A DNA stretch of 64,000 bases, from positions 1-64,000 of the forward strand of contig CAVYJM010000010.1 of the NCBI GenBank assembly GCA_963768855.1. The letters run 5' to 3'. This stretch comes from an uncultured Thermoplasmata archaeon (GTDB taxonomy: Archaea > Thermoplasmatota > Thermoplasmata > RBG-16-68-12). The first letter of the stretch is position 1; the number at the start of each line of letters is the position of its first letter. Of the stretch, positions 9,573 to 18,548 are shown piece by piece. The notes beneath the pieces were generated by a model. That model searched no databases. It was not told the DNA's origin and saw only the letters and a program-made list of their open reading frames with translations. A program made the translations under genes and the position numbers.

Positions 9573-10811
9573 TCATGGGTCCTCCTGTTTCGATTCGACG
9601 TGAACGTGAAGGCGGCCGTCCTGGAGGCGGACGACCAGGTTGTCTGGGACGAGCACGGAGCGGGCGAGGGTGACCACGCCGCCCGCGCCGCGCTCGACGA
9701 TCGCGTACCCGCGGCGCAAGGTGCCCAGGGGGCTCACGGCATCCAAGCGGTCGGCGACGGAGTCGAGCCGTTCCGACCGGGCCGCCAGCATCCGGACGGT
9801 CGCGTCCCGGAGGCCACAGCCCAGCTTCCCCAGCCGCACTGTGGAGTCCGCGACCTCGTTCCGGAGCGCGAGCGGGGAGAGACGGCCTCCCGCGACGGCC
9901 GCGGCCCTCCTTCGCTCCCGCAGCGCGTCCCGGATCGCGGCCAGGGACGCCTCGGCGAGGGATTGCAGGTGGGCCTGCAGGTCCTCCGAGTCTGGGGAGA
10001 CGAGCTCCGCGGCCGCGCTGGGCGTGGGCGCGCGGACGTCGGCCACGAAGTCCGCGATCGTGACGTCCGTCTCGTGCCCGACCGCACTCACGACGGGCAC
10101 GGGGCATGAGGCGATGGCCCGGGCCAGGGACTCGTCGTTGAAGCACCAGAGGTCCTCGAGGGAACCGCCGCCGCGGGCGACGATGACGAGGTCCACGCGT
10201 TCCTGCACGGCGGCGAGAGCCTGCCGCAGGCTGGCGGGGGCCTCGGGTCCCTGCACGAGTGCGGGAGACAGGACGACGTCCGCGAGGGGATAGCGCCGTC
10301 GCAGGATCGTCACGAGGTCATGGAGGACGGCACCCCGCTCCGACGTCACGAGCCCGATACGACACGGGTACGTCGGCAGGGGCCGCTTCCTCGCGGCGCC
10401 GAACAGGCCCTCCGCGTCGAGGGTCTTGCGCGTCCGCTGGAACGTCGCCCAGAACAGGCCCACGCCCTCGGGGGCCAGGGTGTGCACGACGAGCTGGATC
10501 TCCCCACGGCGCGCGTACAGGTCGACGTCGCCGGTCGCGAGGACCGCCATGCCATCCGCCAGGTCGAAGGGGAGGGACTCCGCATCGCCGCGGAACAGGA
10601 CACAGGGGATCTGCGCGTTCTCGTCCTTGAGGGTGAAGAACACGAGGCCTCCGGAGACGCGCTGCACGTTGCTCGTTTCGCCGCGGACGAGCACGCGCGT
10701 GAGGAGGGGGTTGGAGCGCACCGTGTCCCGCAGGAGGCGGGTGAGCTCGGACACGGTCAGGGCTCGGGCCCCGCCGCCGTCTCCGTCCGCCCGGATCGTG
10801 ATCGTGCCCAT
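9573..10811 (-). CDS. xseA: Exodeoxyribonuclease VII large subunit
   Basis: 'LTVSEL', OB-fold 'VRGETSN', 'IVARGGGSLEDLWCFNDE', 'SAVGHETDVTIADFVADVRAPTPSAAAE', 'SPLGTLRRGY'. Confidence 0.92.
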   Translation of the reverse strand: MGTITIRADGDGGGARALTVSELTRLLRDTVRSNPLLTRVLVRGETSNVQRVSGGLVFFTLKDENAQIPCVLFRGDAESLPFDLADGMAVLATGDVDLYARRGEIQLVVHTLAPEGVGLFWATFQRTRKTLDAEGLFGAARKRPLPTYPCRIGLVTSERGAVLHDLVTILRRRYPLADVVLSPALVQGPEAPASLRQALAAVQERVDLVIVARGGGSLEDLWCFNDESLARAIASCPVPVVSAVGHETDVTIADFVADVRAPTPSAAAELVSPDSEDLQAHLQSLAEASLAAIRDALRERRRAAAVAGGRLSPLALRNEVADSTVRLGKLGCGLRDATVRMLAARSERLDSVADRLDAVSPLGTLRRGYAIVERGAGGVVTLARSVLVPDNLVVRLQDGRLHVHVESKQEDP

Positions 10812-10889
10812 GATGCCCTCGAAGGAGGAGACCACGGGATCGCGCGTATTTCAACGGGCCCGGGAGGGATGGGCGAAAGTGCCGAACCC

Positions 10890-11429
10890 CTACGCGCTCG
10901 CGAGGAGGTCCTTCGCGGTCACCAGTGCATGAAGGTGCACGGCGATCTCCGCGAGGGCCATCTTCCCGCCTTCCTCGCGGTCGACGACCGCGACGACGTC
11001 GTCGATGACCGCGCCCTGCGCGCGCAGCCGCTCGATCGCGCCGCGTAGCGTGCCGCCCGTCGTGATGACGTCCTCGACGAAGAGCACCCGGTCGCCCTTC
11101 GCAAGTTCGCCTTCGAACTCCTTCTTCGTCCCGTGCTCCTTCGTCGCCTTGCGGACCATGAGGTAGGGCTTGTTCGACGCCAGGCTGACGGCCGCAGCGA
11201 TGGGGACCGCGCCAAGTTCCACGCCCGCGATCCGGTCCGCGTGCGCCGCGAAGGGGGCCATCCCCTCGCCGATCGCACGGAGCAGGGCGGGCCGCGTCAC
11301 GGCCTTCTTGATGTCGATGTAGAACGCGGAGGTCTTGCCCGAGGCCAGGGTGAACGTCCCGAACTGCAGCGCCCCGCACGCCTTGAGGTCCGCCAGGAAC
11401 GCGGCGCGGTCGAACTCACCAGGGCTCAT
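10890..11429 (-). CDS. pyrE: Orotate phosphoribosyltransferase
   Basis: 'FGTFTLASGKTS.FYID', 'VRKATKEHGT', PRPP loop 'VEDVITTGGT'. Confidence 0.92.
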   Translation of the reverse strand: MSPGEFDRAAFLADLKACGALQFGTFTLASGKTSAFYIDIKKAVTRPALLRAIGEGMAPFAAHADRIAGVELGAVPIAAAVSLASNKPYLMVRKATKEHGTKKEFEGELAKGDRVLFVEDVITTGGTLRGAIERLRAQGAVIDDVVAVVDREEGGKMALAEIAVHLHALVTAKDLLASA

Positions 11430-11976
11430 GCTTCTTCCCCATCCGGTAGCCGAGGATGTTCACGCCGCGATGCAGCGCGGGCGTGATAAGGATGATGGCG
11501 AGCACGCCATACCATGCGTCGCCCGAGAAGAACCGCGGCACGGACCAGCCCGCGGCGAGGAGGCTGAGCAAGAGCCCACCCGCCACGAAATCGTACTGAT
11601 CGAGGCCCGGCGCCTTCGCCCCGCGCGGCTTGTGCATCCGTCGCTTGACGAACGCGCCGACCAGGTCGCCCAGGAGCGCGCCGAACGCGAGGAGGCCGGA
11701 CGCGAGGAACGCGTCGAGCGGCGCGCCGAAGGACCAGCCCGACGACGGATCGAGGAAGACGAAGGGCAGGGCGAGCAGGAGGCCGAGGAGCGCCCCGCTC
11801 AGGGTGCCCCCGACGAGGCCCCGCCACGTCTTTCCGTCCCCGAAGAGCCGCTCGCCGTCCCGAAGGGTCTTCCCGAAATCCATCGGACGCCCGCCGCCCC
11901 ACACGACCGCCATCGGGTTCGCGACGTACGCGGGCAGGAAGAACCAGAGGGCCTGCGGGATCGCCTCGAGGGCCAT
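11416..11976 (-). CDS. carS: CDP-archaeol synthase
   Basis: 'FFLPAYVANPMAV', 'DFG....DG.RLFGDGKTWRG', 'GALLGDL.GAFVKRR', 'LDQYDF', 'GY..G.K.EPW'; own TATA-like CTTATAT about 25 nt upstream. Confidence 0.88.
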   Translation of the reverse strand: MALEAIPQALWFFLPAYVANPMAVVWGGGRPMDFGKTLRDGERLFGDGKTWRGLVGGTLSGALLGLLLALPFVFLDPSSGWSFGAPLDAFLASGLLAFGALLGDLVGAFVKRRMHKPRGAKAPGLDQYDFVAGGLLLSLLAAGWSVPRFFSGDAWYGVLAIILITPALHRGVNILGYRMGKKHEPW

Positions 11977-12513
11977 CGCCGCGGCGAAGGGGATGGTTCC
12001 ATATAAGCCACCGCCCGCCGGGCGCGAGCCACCATATTCGGAACGGAGGCGCTTCCGCATCTCGAGGTTCATCTCGCTCTGGGAGACGACCTCGTAACCC
12101 GAGCTTTCGTACAGGGCGACGGCCACCGTGTTCCAGCGGAACACGTTCAAGTGGAGCCATGTCACGCCGGCTTTCAGGAGACGGCGCTCGACCGCCTGGA
12201 GGAGACCGCGGCCGTATCCCTTCCCGCGGAGCGCGTCGTCGACGACGATCTCGAAGAGCCATCGCTTCCCGCGGGCCCCCTTAGATCCCGGCACAGGCCC
12301 GAACCACGCCCAGCCGATCCGGCGGCCCGCGTCGTCCACGGCGACGAAGAACTCGTGGCCCCGTTTCGCCGGGCTCGTTCCCACGGTCGAGGCGATCTCC
12401 CTGCGCGCCCGCGCGAGCGACTCCTCGCGGGACCAGAATCCCGCGCGCGCCTTCGCCTCGGCGTACTCGAACGCTTCCCCCTCGAGCGCGTTCCGGCGTT
12501 GGGTCGCGGTCAT
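11977..12513 (-). CDS. GNAT-family acetyltransferase; no stop codon, reads in frame into carS
   Basis: 'WLFEIVVDDALRGKGYGRGLL', 'LHLNVFRWNTVAVALYESSGY'; ORF 11416-12594 contains both domains in one frame. Confidence 0.7.
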
Positions 12514-12651
12514 CCGAACGAGCCGGACCGTCCGCGGGGAAGAACGCGAAGACGGACCACGACGCGGAGCCACGACTCGATGACAACCCGCCACCCGCCA
12601 TAGAGCTTGCCCGGACCGGTACCGCCCCGGTCCGCGCGCGTTTTCGGGGGT

Positions 12652-12680
12652 GATAATCTCCGCACCACCCCTTTATAGCG
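12652..12680 (+). promoter_or_regulatory. Shared promoter motif GATAA-N8-CCACCCCTTTATA-N-CG (copy A)
   Basis: Same motif and spacing as 14248-14276; TTTATA ends about 30 nt before the ATG of KaiC-like paralog 1. Confidence 0.65.
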
Positions 12681-12706
12681 CGAGGGGCTCGTTTCGCCTC
12701 GGTTCC

Positions 12707-13408
12707 ATGGATCGGGTCAAGACCTTCGTCGAGGGCTTCGACGAGGCCCTGGGGGGCGGCGTCCCGCGGGGCTCCGTCGTCCTCGTGGCCGGCACTCCGG
12801 GCACGATGAAGACCGCCCTGACCTTCTCGATCCTCTACGAGAACGTCAAGGCGGGGTCCCGCGCCCTCTACATCTCCCTCGAGGAGAGCCAGGAGGAGCT
12901 CCGCGCCTCCATGGCCGACCTCGGCATGACGAGCTTCGAAGACCTCGAGCTCTACATCCTCGACATCGGGCGCATCCGCCTCGAGCACAAGGAGGAGGAG
13001 CTTTCGAAGAACTGGCTCGACGTCCTCCAGAAGTACATCGAGCAGCGCGTCCGGGTGAACAACTTCGACCTGATCGCGATCGACAGCCTCGAGGCGCTGT
13101 ACAGCCTGAGCCGTCTCGAGAACCCGCGGCGGGAACTCTTCCACTTCTTTGGGTTCCTGCGCTCCCTGAACGCGACCGCGTTCCTGATCACGGAGATCCC
13201 GTCCGGCTCGCAGGGCGGCTTCGGCCGCTACGACGAGGAGTTCCTGGCGGACGGCATCCTGCACCTCAAGCAGGCGCCCATCGGCGAGACCGACGTCCAG
13301 CTGCGGATCCGCTGCGTCAAGATGCGCCGGTCCAAGCACGAGCACGGCGACTTCGCGCTCGTCCGCGGCGCGGAGCAGTTCCAGATCACCCGCGTGATCT
13401 CAAAGTGA
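12707..13408 (+). CDS. Single-domain KaiC/RAD55-like ATPase, paralog 1
   Basis: 'GFDEALGGGVPRGSVVLVAGTPGTMKT', 'YISLEE', 'IDSL', 'FLADGILHL', 'RCVKMR'. Confidence 0.85.
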   Translation: MDRVKTFVEGFDEALGGGVPRGSVVLVAGTPGTMKTALTFSILYENVKAGSRALYISLEESQEELRASMADLGMTSFEDLELYILDIGRIRLEHKEEELSKNWLDVLQKYIEQRVRVNNFDLIAIDSLEALYSLSRLENPRRELFHFFGFLRSLNATAFLITEIPSGSQGGFGRYDEEFLADGILHLKQAPIGETDVQLRIRCVKMRRSKHEHGDFALVRGAEQFQITRVISK

Positions 13409-14173
13409 CGTCTTCGCGAGGAGCTTGAGGAGCGCGTCGGCGTACCGCGCGGCCAGGGGCTCGTTCCCGAACGTCCGCACCGCGGCGGCCTTGTTCTCCT
13501 CGATCGCCTCGACCGTCTTCGTCAGGACCGAGACGACGTCCTTCCCCGGCGCGCGGCGGAACAGCGCGACGATGGCGGTCGTCTCCCCCGTCATGACGAC
13601 GAGGCGTCCGACGGGGAGGTGCATCACGTAGGTCCCCTGGGCCGGCCGGCCCGTCTCGCGGCGGATCGCGTCCGCGACGTCGGGCTGGTCCAGGTACGCG
13701 GTCTCCCCGGCCTTCGCGAGCACGCCGTGCCCGCGCCGCAGGATCAGGAGGGCGATCGCGTTCGACTCTCTCTCCTTCGCCGCGAGGTCGGACCAGAAGG
13801 TCGCCTGGAGGGAGAGCGCCCGGAGGCGGCGGCGCAGCGCCGTGATGCCGTCGCGGTCTCGCGTCTTCGAGAGCTCGCGAAGCTGCATCTCGAAATCCTT
13901 TGCCTCGCGCGGGGCGAGGAGATGGCGGAAGGTCTGGAACTCCTGATCGAGGGCGTCCAGCTCCGTGGTGGGGCGAGTGCGGACGGGTCCCGGGGCGGTC
14001 GCATGGGGCGCGGGTTCGTGGGGCGACAAGCTCGGCACCTCCTGTTCAATCAGATCGACGGCCTCGGCCAGGTTCTTGTCGGGATGGCGTAGCATGGCCT
14101 CCTTGACTTGGTCGCCGCGGCCCTCGAGCTCCCAGAGGAGCAACCGGAGGGCTGCCTCGTCCCGTCTACCCAT
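13400..14173 (-). CDS. Hypothetical protein between KaiC-like paralogs (helical N-terminus, alpha/beta C-terminal domain)
   Basis: 257-aa ORF with GGAGGCGGGAGAAGGG upstream; no family recognised. Confidence 0.6.
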   Translation of the reverse strand: MGRRDEAALRLLLWELEGRGDQVKEAMLRHPDKNLAEAVDLIEQEVPSLSPHEPAPHATAPGPVRTRPTTELDALDQEFQTFRHLLAPREAKDFEMQLRELSKTRDRDGITALRRRLRALSLQATFWSDLAAKERESNAIALLILRRGHGVLAKAGETAYLDQPDVADAIRRETGRPAQGTYVMHLPVGRLVVMTGETTAIVALFRRAPGKDVVSVLTKTVEAIEENKAAAVRTFGNEPLAARYADALLKLLAKTSL

Positions 14174-14247
14174 CCCTTCTCGCGGAGGCGGAAAGCCGTC
14201 TCGCTACAAAAGCGTTCCCTCCAGGAAAACGGATGGGTATCGACGCC

Positions 14248-14276
14248 GATAACTAGGTCGCCACCCCTTTATAACG
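14248..14276 (+). promoter_or_regulatory. Shared promoter motif GATAA-N8-CCACCCCTTTATA-N-CG (copy B)
   Basis: Matches 12652-12680; TTTATA ends about 26 nt before the ATG of KaiC-like paralog 2. Confidence 0.65.
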
Positions 14277-14298
14277 TGGTCCTCGTCCTCCACCCGCG

Positions 14299-15018
14299 AT
14301 GGACTCCGAGGTGCCCGTTTTCCATTCCTACGTCGAGGGCTTGGACCGCGCCCTCGGAGGTGGCATCCCGAAGGGGAGCACGATCCTCGTCGCCGGCACC
14401 CCGGGCACGATGAAGACGTCCCTCATCCTCTGGATGATGCACGAGAACGCCCGCCTGAACGGCACGCGCTCCCTCTACGTCAGCTTCGAACAGTCCATGG
14501 ACAGCCTCCGCGCCGGGGCCGCCCGGATGGGCATGACCCAGGTCGACGAGGCCCACGTGTACATCCTGGACATGGGCCAGCTGCGCCGCGGGATGGAGCG
14601 GTCCGAGTCCACGAAGGACTGGGTCACGATCCTCCTCGAGATCATCAAGGAGGCCGTCAACTCGAGCCAGTACGAGGTCCTCGCCCTGGACAGCCTCGAG
14701 GTCCTCTACGCGCTCACGGAGATGAAGAACCCGCGTCGCGAGATGTTCCACTTCCTCACCGGGCTCAAGGAGCTCGACCTGACGACGTTCCTGATCGCCG
14801 AGACGCCCTTCGGCGCGCAGCGGCTCGCCCAGTGGGGGGAGGACTTCCTCGCCGACGGCATCCTCCAGCTGCGCCAGGTCGAGATCGGCGAGACGGACGT
14901 CCAGCTCCGCCTGCGCTGCGTGAAGATGCGATGGATGAACCACGACCACAATGCGCTCGCCCTGACCCACGACGGCGAGAAGTTCTTCGTGACGCACGTC
15001 CTCGCCAAGAAGAAGTGA
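14299..15018 (+). CDS. Single-domain KaiC/RAD55-like ATPase, paralog 2
   Basis: 'GLDRALGGGIPKGSTILVAGTPGTMKTS', 'LDSL', 'FLADGILQL', 'RCVKMR'. Confidence 0.85.
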   Translation: MDSEVPVFHSYVEGLDRALGGGIPKGSTILVAGTPGTMKTSLILWMMHENARLNGTRSLYVSFEQSMDSLRAGAARMGMTQVDEAHVYILDMGQLRRGMERSESTKDWVTILLEIIKEAVNSSQYEVLALDSLEVLYALTEMKNPRREMFHFLTGLKELDLTTFLIAETPFGAQRLAQWGEDFLADGILQLRQVEIGETDVQLRLRCVKMRWMNHDHNALALTHDGEKFFVTHVLAKKK

Positions 15019-15021
15019 AGG

Positions 15022-15041
15022 GAGGGCGGCCTCCCGCCCTC
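15022..15041. terminator. GC hairpin between convergent genes
   Basis: GAGGGCGG-CCTC-CCGCCCTC directly after the paralog 2 stop; no U-tract. Confidence 0.35.
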
Positions 15042-15055
15042 GTGGACGCGGCGTC

Positions 15056-15970
15056 TCACTGCGGATTGAGGGGCGGCGCGGGGCCGCTCGGCGGCGGGGA
15101 CTGAGGCGGCATCGCGTACGGGGACGTCAGGACGGCCCCCGAAGCTCCGCCGGGGTGCGCGGGGATCTCCCCGCGATTGATCCGCGCCCATGCGAGGTAG
15201 TCCGCGGCAGCGAAGAGCAACGCAGGGATGACGTTGAGGAGAGCGTAGGTGCCCTGCAGGGCGACGACGCTGTCGTAGTCGGCCTGGGTGACCACGGCAC
15301 CGACCACGGAGCTCAGGAGAAGATACATGGCGATGCTCACGGCGATGTTCGCACCGTACGCTGCGAACAGGATGACCCGCCCGGGCTGCGCCTGCAACCC
15401 GTAGGTGAACAGGACCTCCGCGATGCCGAGGATGATTGCCGCGGGAATGGCGCCCAGGAGGCTCGCGTTGAGCGCTGCCGCGAGAATCGGGGGCGTGATC
15501 GTGACCGCCCCGCCGCTGCCGAACTGGCCCGCGATGCTCGCCAGCGCCGCGATGACGGTCACGCCGATCACGACCAGGACGCCGACGATGAACAGGACGA
15601 TCGAAACGAGGATGTTTCTCGAGTGAGCAGCTCCAAACGCCTTCCGTCCGAGGATTACGAGGATGACGCCGATGAAGATGAGGAGGTAGCCGATGATCGA
15701 GATCAACGGCAGCCATGAGAGCAGGGTCCCGATCAGCAACAGCAGGACGCCGGTCTTCGTGCGGTCGACCTGCCTCGAGCGGTCATAGTCCCCGGCAGGC
15801 GGATAGTAGCCCGCGGCGGACGGATATCCCGGGGGCGCGCCGTAGGCGGCCGGGGGAGCCACCGCCGGCGCGCCGGCCGCCGCGCCGAGGGGGGCGCCGC
15901 AGTTCGTGCAGAACGTGTACCCGGGCTGGTTCTGGTAGCCGCAACGCGTGCAGGAGAGAGAGGCTGACAC
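15056..15970 (-). CDS. Membrane protein with N-terminal zinc ribbon and Pro/Tyr-rich linker
   Basis: 'CTRCG......FCTNCG' followed by about 5 TM segments; start approximate (GTG 15970). Confidence 0.7.
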   Translation of the reverse strand: MSASLSCTRCGYQNQPGYTFCTNCGAPLGAAAGAPAVAPPAAYGAPPGYPSAAGYYPPAGDYDRSRQVDRTKTGVLLLLIGTLLSWLPLISIIGYLLIFIGVILVILGRKAFGAAHSRNILVSIVLFIVGVLVVIGVTVIAALASIAGQFGSGGAVTITPPILAAALNASLLGAIPAAIILGIAEVLFTYGLQAQPGRVILFAAYGANIAVSIAMYLLLSSVVGAVVTQADYDSVVALQGTYALLNVIPALLFAAADYLAWARINRGEIPAHPGGASGAVLTSPYAMPPQSPPPSGPAPPLNPQ

Positions 15971-16067
15971 GGACAGTCCTTCGACCCGGCCCAAAGAGGG
16001 ACACGGGGAAAAAGGTTTCGCGGGCTCTCCGAAGGCTTTTTCACCGCCCGCCGTCGTGGGAGGATGC

Positions 16068-16481
16068 ATGGCCATTCCGGGCGCCTGGGACCGCTGGATC
16101 TCCCTCGAGCTCGGACGCCTGAACGCCGGGCTCGTCGTGGAGCGGAAGAGCCTAGCCCACCTCCTCCAGGAAGCCGAGCCGGCCTGCCGGGACCGCGAGG
16201 GCGCGGACCACCCGTTTGACCCGGCCGCCCTCCGAAGGCTCGCCCGCGTGCTGACGGCGCAGGAGGCGGAGACCCTCCGACTTCCGGTGACCGTCTTCGT
16301 CGCAGGGGACCTGGAGGACAGCGTCTACATCGCAGAGGAGCTGGCCGCGAAGGCGTTGCGTGCCACGGAGGACTTCGGCCCCGCCTTCCCCTTCCGCGGG
16401 GGACGGATGTACCTGCCCCACTCCCTGGCGGTGGACCTCGTGCGGCGAAGCGGCGGGACCCTGCAGCTCGCGTTCGGGTGA
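16068..16481 (+). CDS. DUF61 (UPF0216)-like protein
   Basis: 'LNAGLVVERKSLAHLLQE.EP....R.G..H.FD...L' and 'LRLP' resemble archaeal DUF61; GGAGG RBS. Confidence 0.65.
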   Translation: MAIPGAWDRWISLELGRLNAGLVVERKSLAHLLQEAEPACRDREGADHPFDPAALRRLARVLTAQEAETLRLPVTVFVAGDLEDSVYIAEELAAKALRATEDFGPAFPFRGGRMYLPHSLAVDLVRRSGGTLQLAFG

Positions 16482-16490
16482 GCGTCCGGG

Positions 16491-16925
16491 TCACTTGGGC
16501 GCGTCCGCCGGCTTCTCCCGGCGCGCGATCCAGAGGTCCTCGGGCACGTCGTCGTAGATCGTCTGTCCGACCCCGGCCTCTTCCTTGGCGCGCTGGGCCT
16601 CGACGAGCTCGAAGATGCGGTCCTTGCGGAACATCCAGTAGTGGATCCGCCACTCCCGGCCGTCGTAGAGGGTCGTCTCCTCCCGCTCCGTCGTCAGGAT
16701 GCCGGAGTCCTCGAGCATGTAGAACGCATCCCGGTCCTCCGGTTCGAGGACGTTGTCGATGATGCGCTCGGAATAGCCGAAGAAGTTGAGGACGTGGGTC
16801 GCCATGGCGCGGGCCTCCTCCTCCTTCATCCCCGTGCGGTCGATCGAGTTCTTGATCGCGCGGGTGAGGTCGTCCACGGTGATCGTACCGGCTGGTCCCC
16901 GCTCAGGCTTCGCCTTCACAGACAT
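16491..16925 (-). CDS. Conserved Thermoplasmata protein (DUF6015-like, winged-helix-like)
   Basis: 'A.HVLNFFGYSERIIDNVLEPEDRDAFYMLED.GIL.TEREE..LYDGREWRIHYW' recalled as a conserved Thermoplasmata family. Confidence 0.6.
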   Translation of the reverse strand: MSVKAKPERGPAGTITVDDLTRAIKNSIDRTGMKEEEARAMATHVLNFFGYSERIIDNVLEPEDRDAFYMLEDSGILTTEREETTLYDGREWRIHYWMFRKDRIFELVEAQRAKEEAGVGQTIYDDVPEDLWIARREKPADAPK

Positions 16926-17062
16926 GGGTCGCCCCGAAGGAGTACTACTTGGGCAGGGGCCTATATAAGCATTCTGTCGGAGGGACCTCGGGATGATTCT
17001 CACCCCGCCGCCGGACAGGACACGGCAAAGACCGTTCCAAAGCATAAAAGCGAGCCGGTCGC

Positions 17063-17959
17063 ATGCCGGGCAGCGGGATGTTGCAGGACGGGGACGGGAC
17101 GGAACCGGGCGGGCCGGTTCCCATTGACCGGGGGACACCCGCGACGCCGCCAGGTGGGTCCGAGGCGGAGATCCGGACCCTGCGGGACGAGGTCCGCCGT
17201 CTGCGCGAGCAGGTGGCCGCCCTGGCCGCCCGGACGAAGGACACCGACGCGCGCGTGCCGACGTACGTGAAGGGGCTGGACGCGGCCCTGCAGGGGGGTG
17301 TGCCCCGCGGTCACGTCGTCGGGATCGTGGGGCCGGGCGGCTCGATGAAGACGTCCCTCGCCCTCTATACGTTGATCCGGAACCGCGCCGCGGGGACGCG
17401 CGGGGTCTTCGTCACGATCGAGGAGAGCCGGGACTCGATCGTCCAGACAATGAAGCGGCTCGGCCTCGGGGACGCTGAGGACTTCGTCGTCGACATCAGC
17501 CGGCTGCGCCTCGATTACGCGGGCGCCGAGGAGATCCGCGACTGGGTGCGGGTCCTCGAGGACTACCTGAGCCGGAGGCGGGAGCGGGACCCGCTGGGTG
17601 TCGTCGTCATCGACTCCCTCGATGCGCTGGCCGCCCTCACGCACATCGAGGACGTGCGGCGCGAGCTGTTCCACTTCTTCCACTTCCTGCGTGGCCTCGG
17701 GGCCACGTCCTTCGTGCTGGCCGAACAGGACCCGGCGCGGCCCGGCGTGGACCACGACGTCGCCTTCCTGGCGGACGGCGCGTTCGAGCTCCGCTTCAGC
17801 GGCGTCGGGGAGGGAAGGGTCCAGCTCCTGATCCGCATCTCGAAGATGCGGCACACGAACCACTCGCGGGACTACTTCGTGCTGGACTACGGGCCGGAAG
17901 GGTTCACGGCGAGGCCCTACGAGCTCCCGAAGCCGCGCCGCTGGGGACGGCGGATCTGA
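17063..17959 (+). CDS. Single-domain KaiC/RAD55-like ATPase, paralog 3, with N-terminal coiled coil
   Basis: 'EIRTLRDEVRRLREQVAALAAR' then 'GLDAALQGGVPRGHVVGIVGPGGSMKTS', 'IDSL', 'FLADG', 'ISKMR'; start uncertain. Confidence 0.8.
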   Translation: MPGSGMLQDGDGTEPGGPVPIDRGTPATPPGGSEAEIRTLRDEVRRLREQVAALAARTKDTDARVPTYVKGLDAALQGGVPRGHVVGIVGPGGSMKTSLALYTLIRNRAAGTRGVFVTIEESRDSIVQTMKRLGLGDAEDFVVDISRLRLDYAGAEEIRDWVRVLEDYLSRRRERDPLGVVVIDSLDALAALTHIEDVRRELFHFFHFLRGLGATSFVLAEQDPARPGVDHDVAFLADGAFELRFSGVGEGRVQLLIRISKMRHTNHSRDYFVLDYGPEGFTARPYELPKPRRWGRRI

Positions 17960-17965
17960 GGCGGC

Positions 17966-18352
17966 TCAGAAGCTGCCCTTGATCTTCGCCCGGTCGATCT
18001 TGATGCCGGCCGGGGTGGCCATCATGACGTTCTTGCCGACGACGGCGACGTCGCCGCCGCAGTCCCGGATTGCACTCTTTAGCTCGGCCGTGATCCGCTT
18101 CAGGGCGAGCTCGTCGCTCGACAGGCTCGTGAAGTCGATCAGCAGGATGTTCCCGTTGTAGACGTGGGTCGTCAGATCTGCCACGTCCTCGTAGCGGTAG
18201 ATCTCCGCGACCTTGACGAGGTGTTCGACCGGTTCTCCAAGCGCTCCGCCCTCGCCATCAAAGGTCAGCTCCCCCAGGTCGATGTACGTGTCGGCCTCTG
18301 CGGCGGAGCCTCCTTCAGCGAGGCGTTTGAACGGCTTCTTGATGAAGGCCAT
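17966..18352 (-). CDS. sepF: Cell division protein SepF (archaeal type)
   Basis: 'YIDL', 'VKVAEI..YED', 'GNILLIDF', 'GGDVAVVG...MMATP.GIKIDR'. Confidence 0.85.
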   Translation of the reverse strand: MAFIKKPFKRLAEGGSAAEADTYIDLGELTFDGEGGALGEPVEHLVKVAEIYRYEDVADLTTHVYNGNILLIDFTSLSSDELALKRITAELKSAIRDCGGDVAVVGKNVMMATPAGIKIDRAKIKGSF

Positions 18353-18548
18353 CCCAAATCCCTTCTGGTTCCGGCATATCCAGGAGGGAGAATTTAAAAG
18401 TATCGTGAAGACGGAGCCTCGGGTTGACAGAATGGCGATAAAAATAAAAGTGACTGTATTATAGCTGTGCTCTTTCGTGCCACGCCGTGTCGCGGGGAAT
18501 AGTCGGGTAACAAGATTTTTAAGGGGTGGGTCTTTGTCGCAAGACGCC

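Noticed and set aside
12707-17959. Circadian Kai clock
   Set aside because: Single-domain proteins, no Ser/Thr at the KaiC phosphosites, no kaiA/kaiB in the window.
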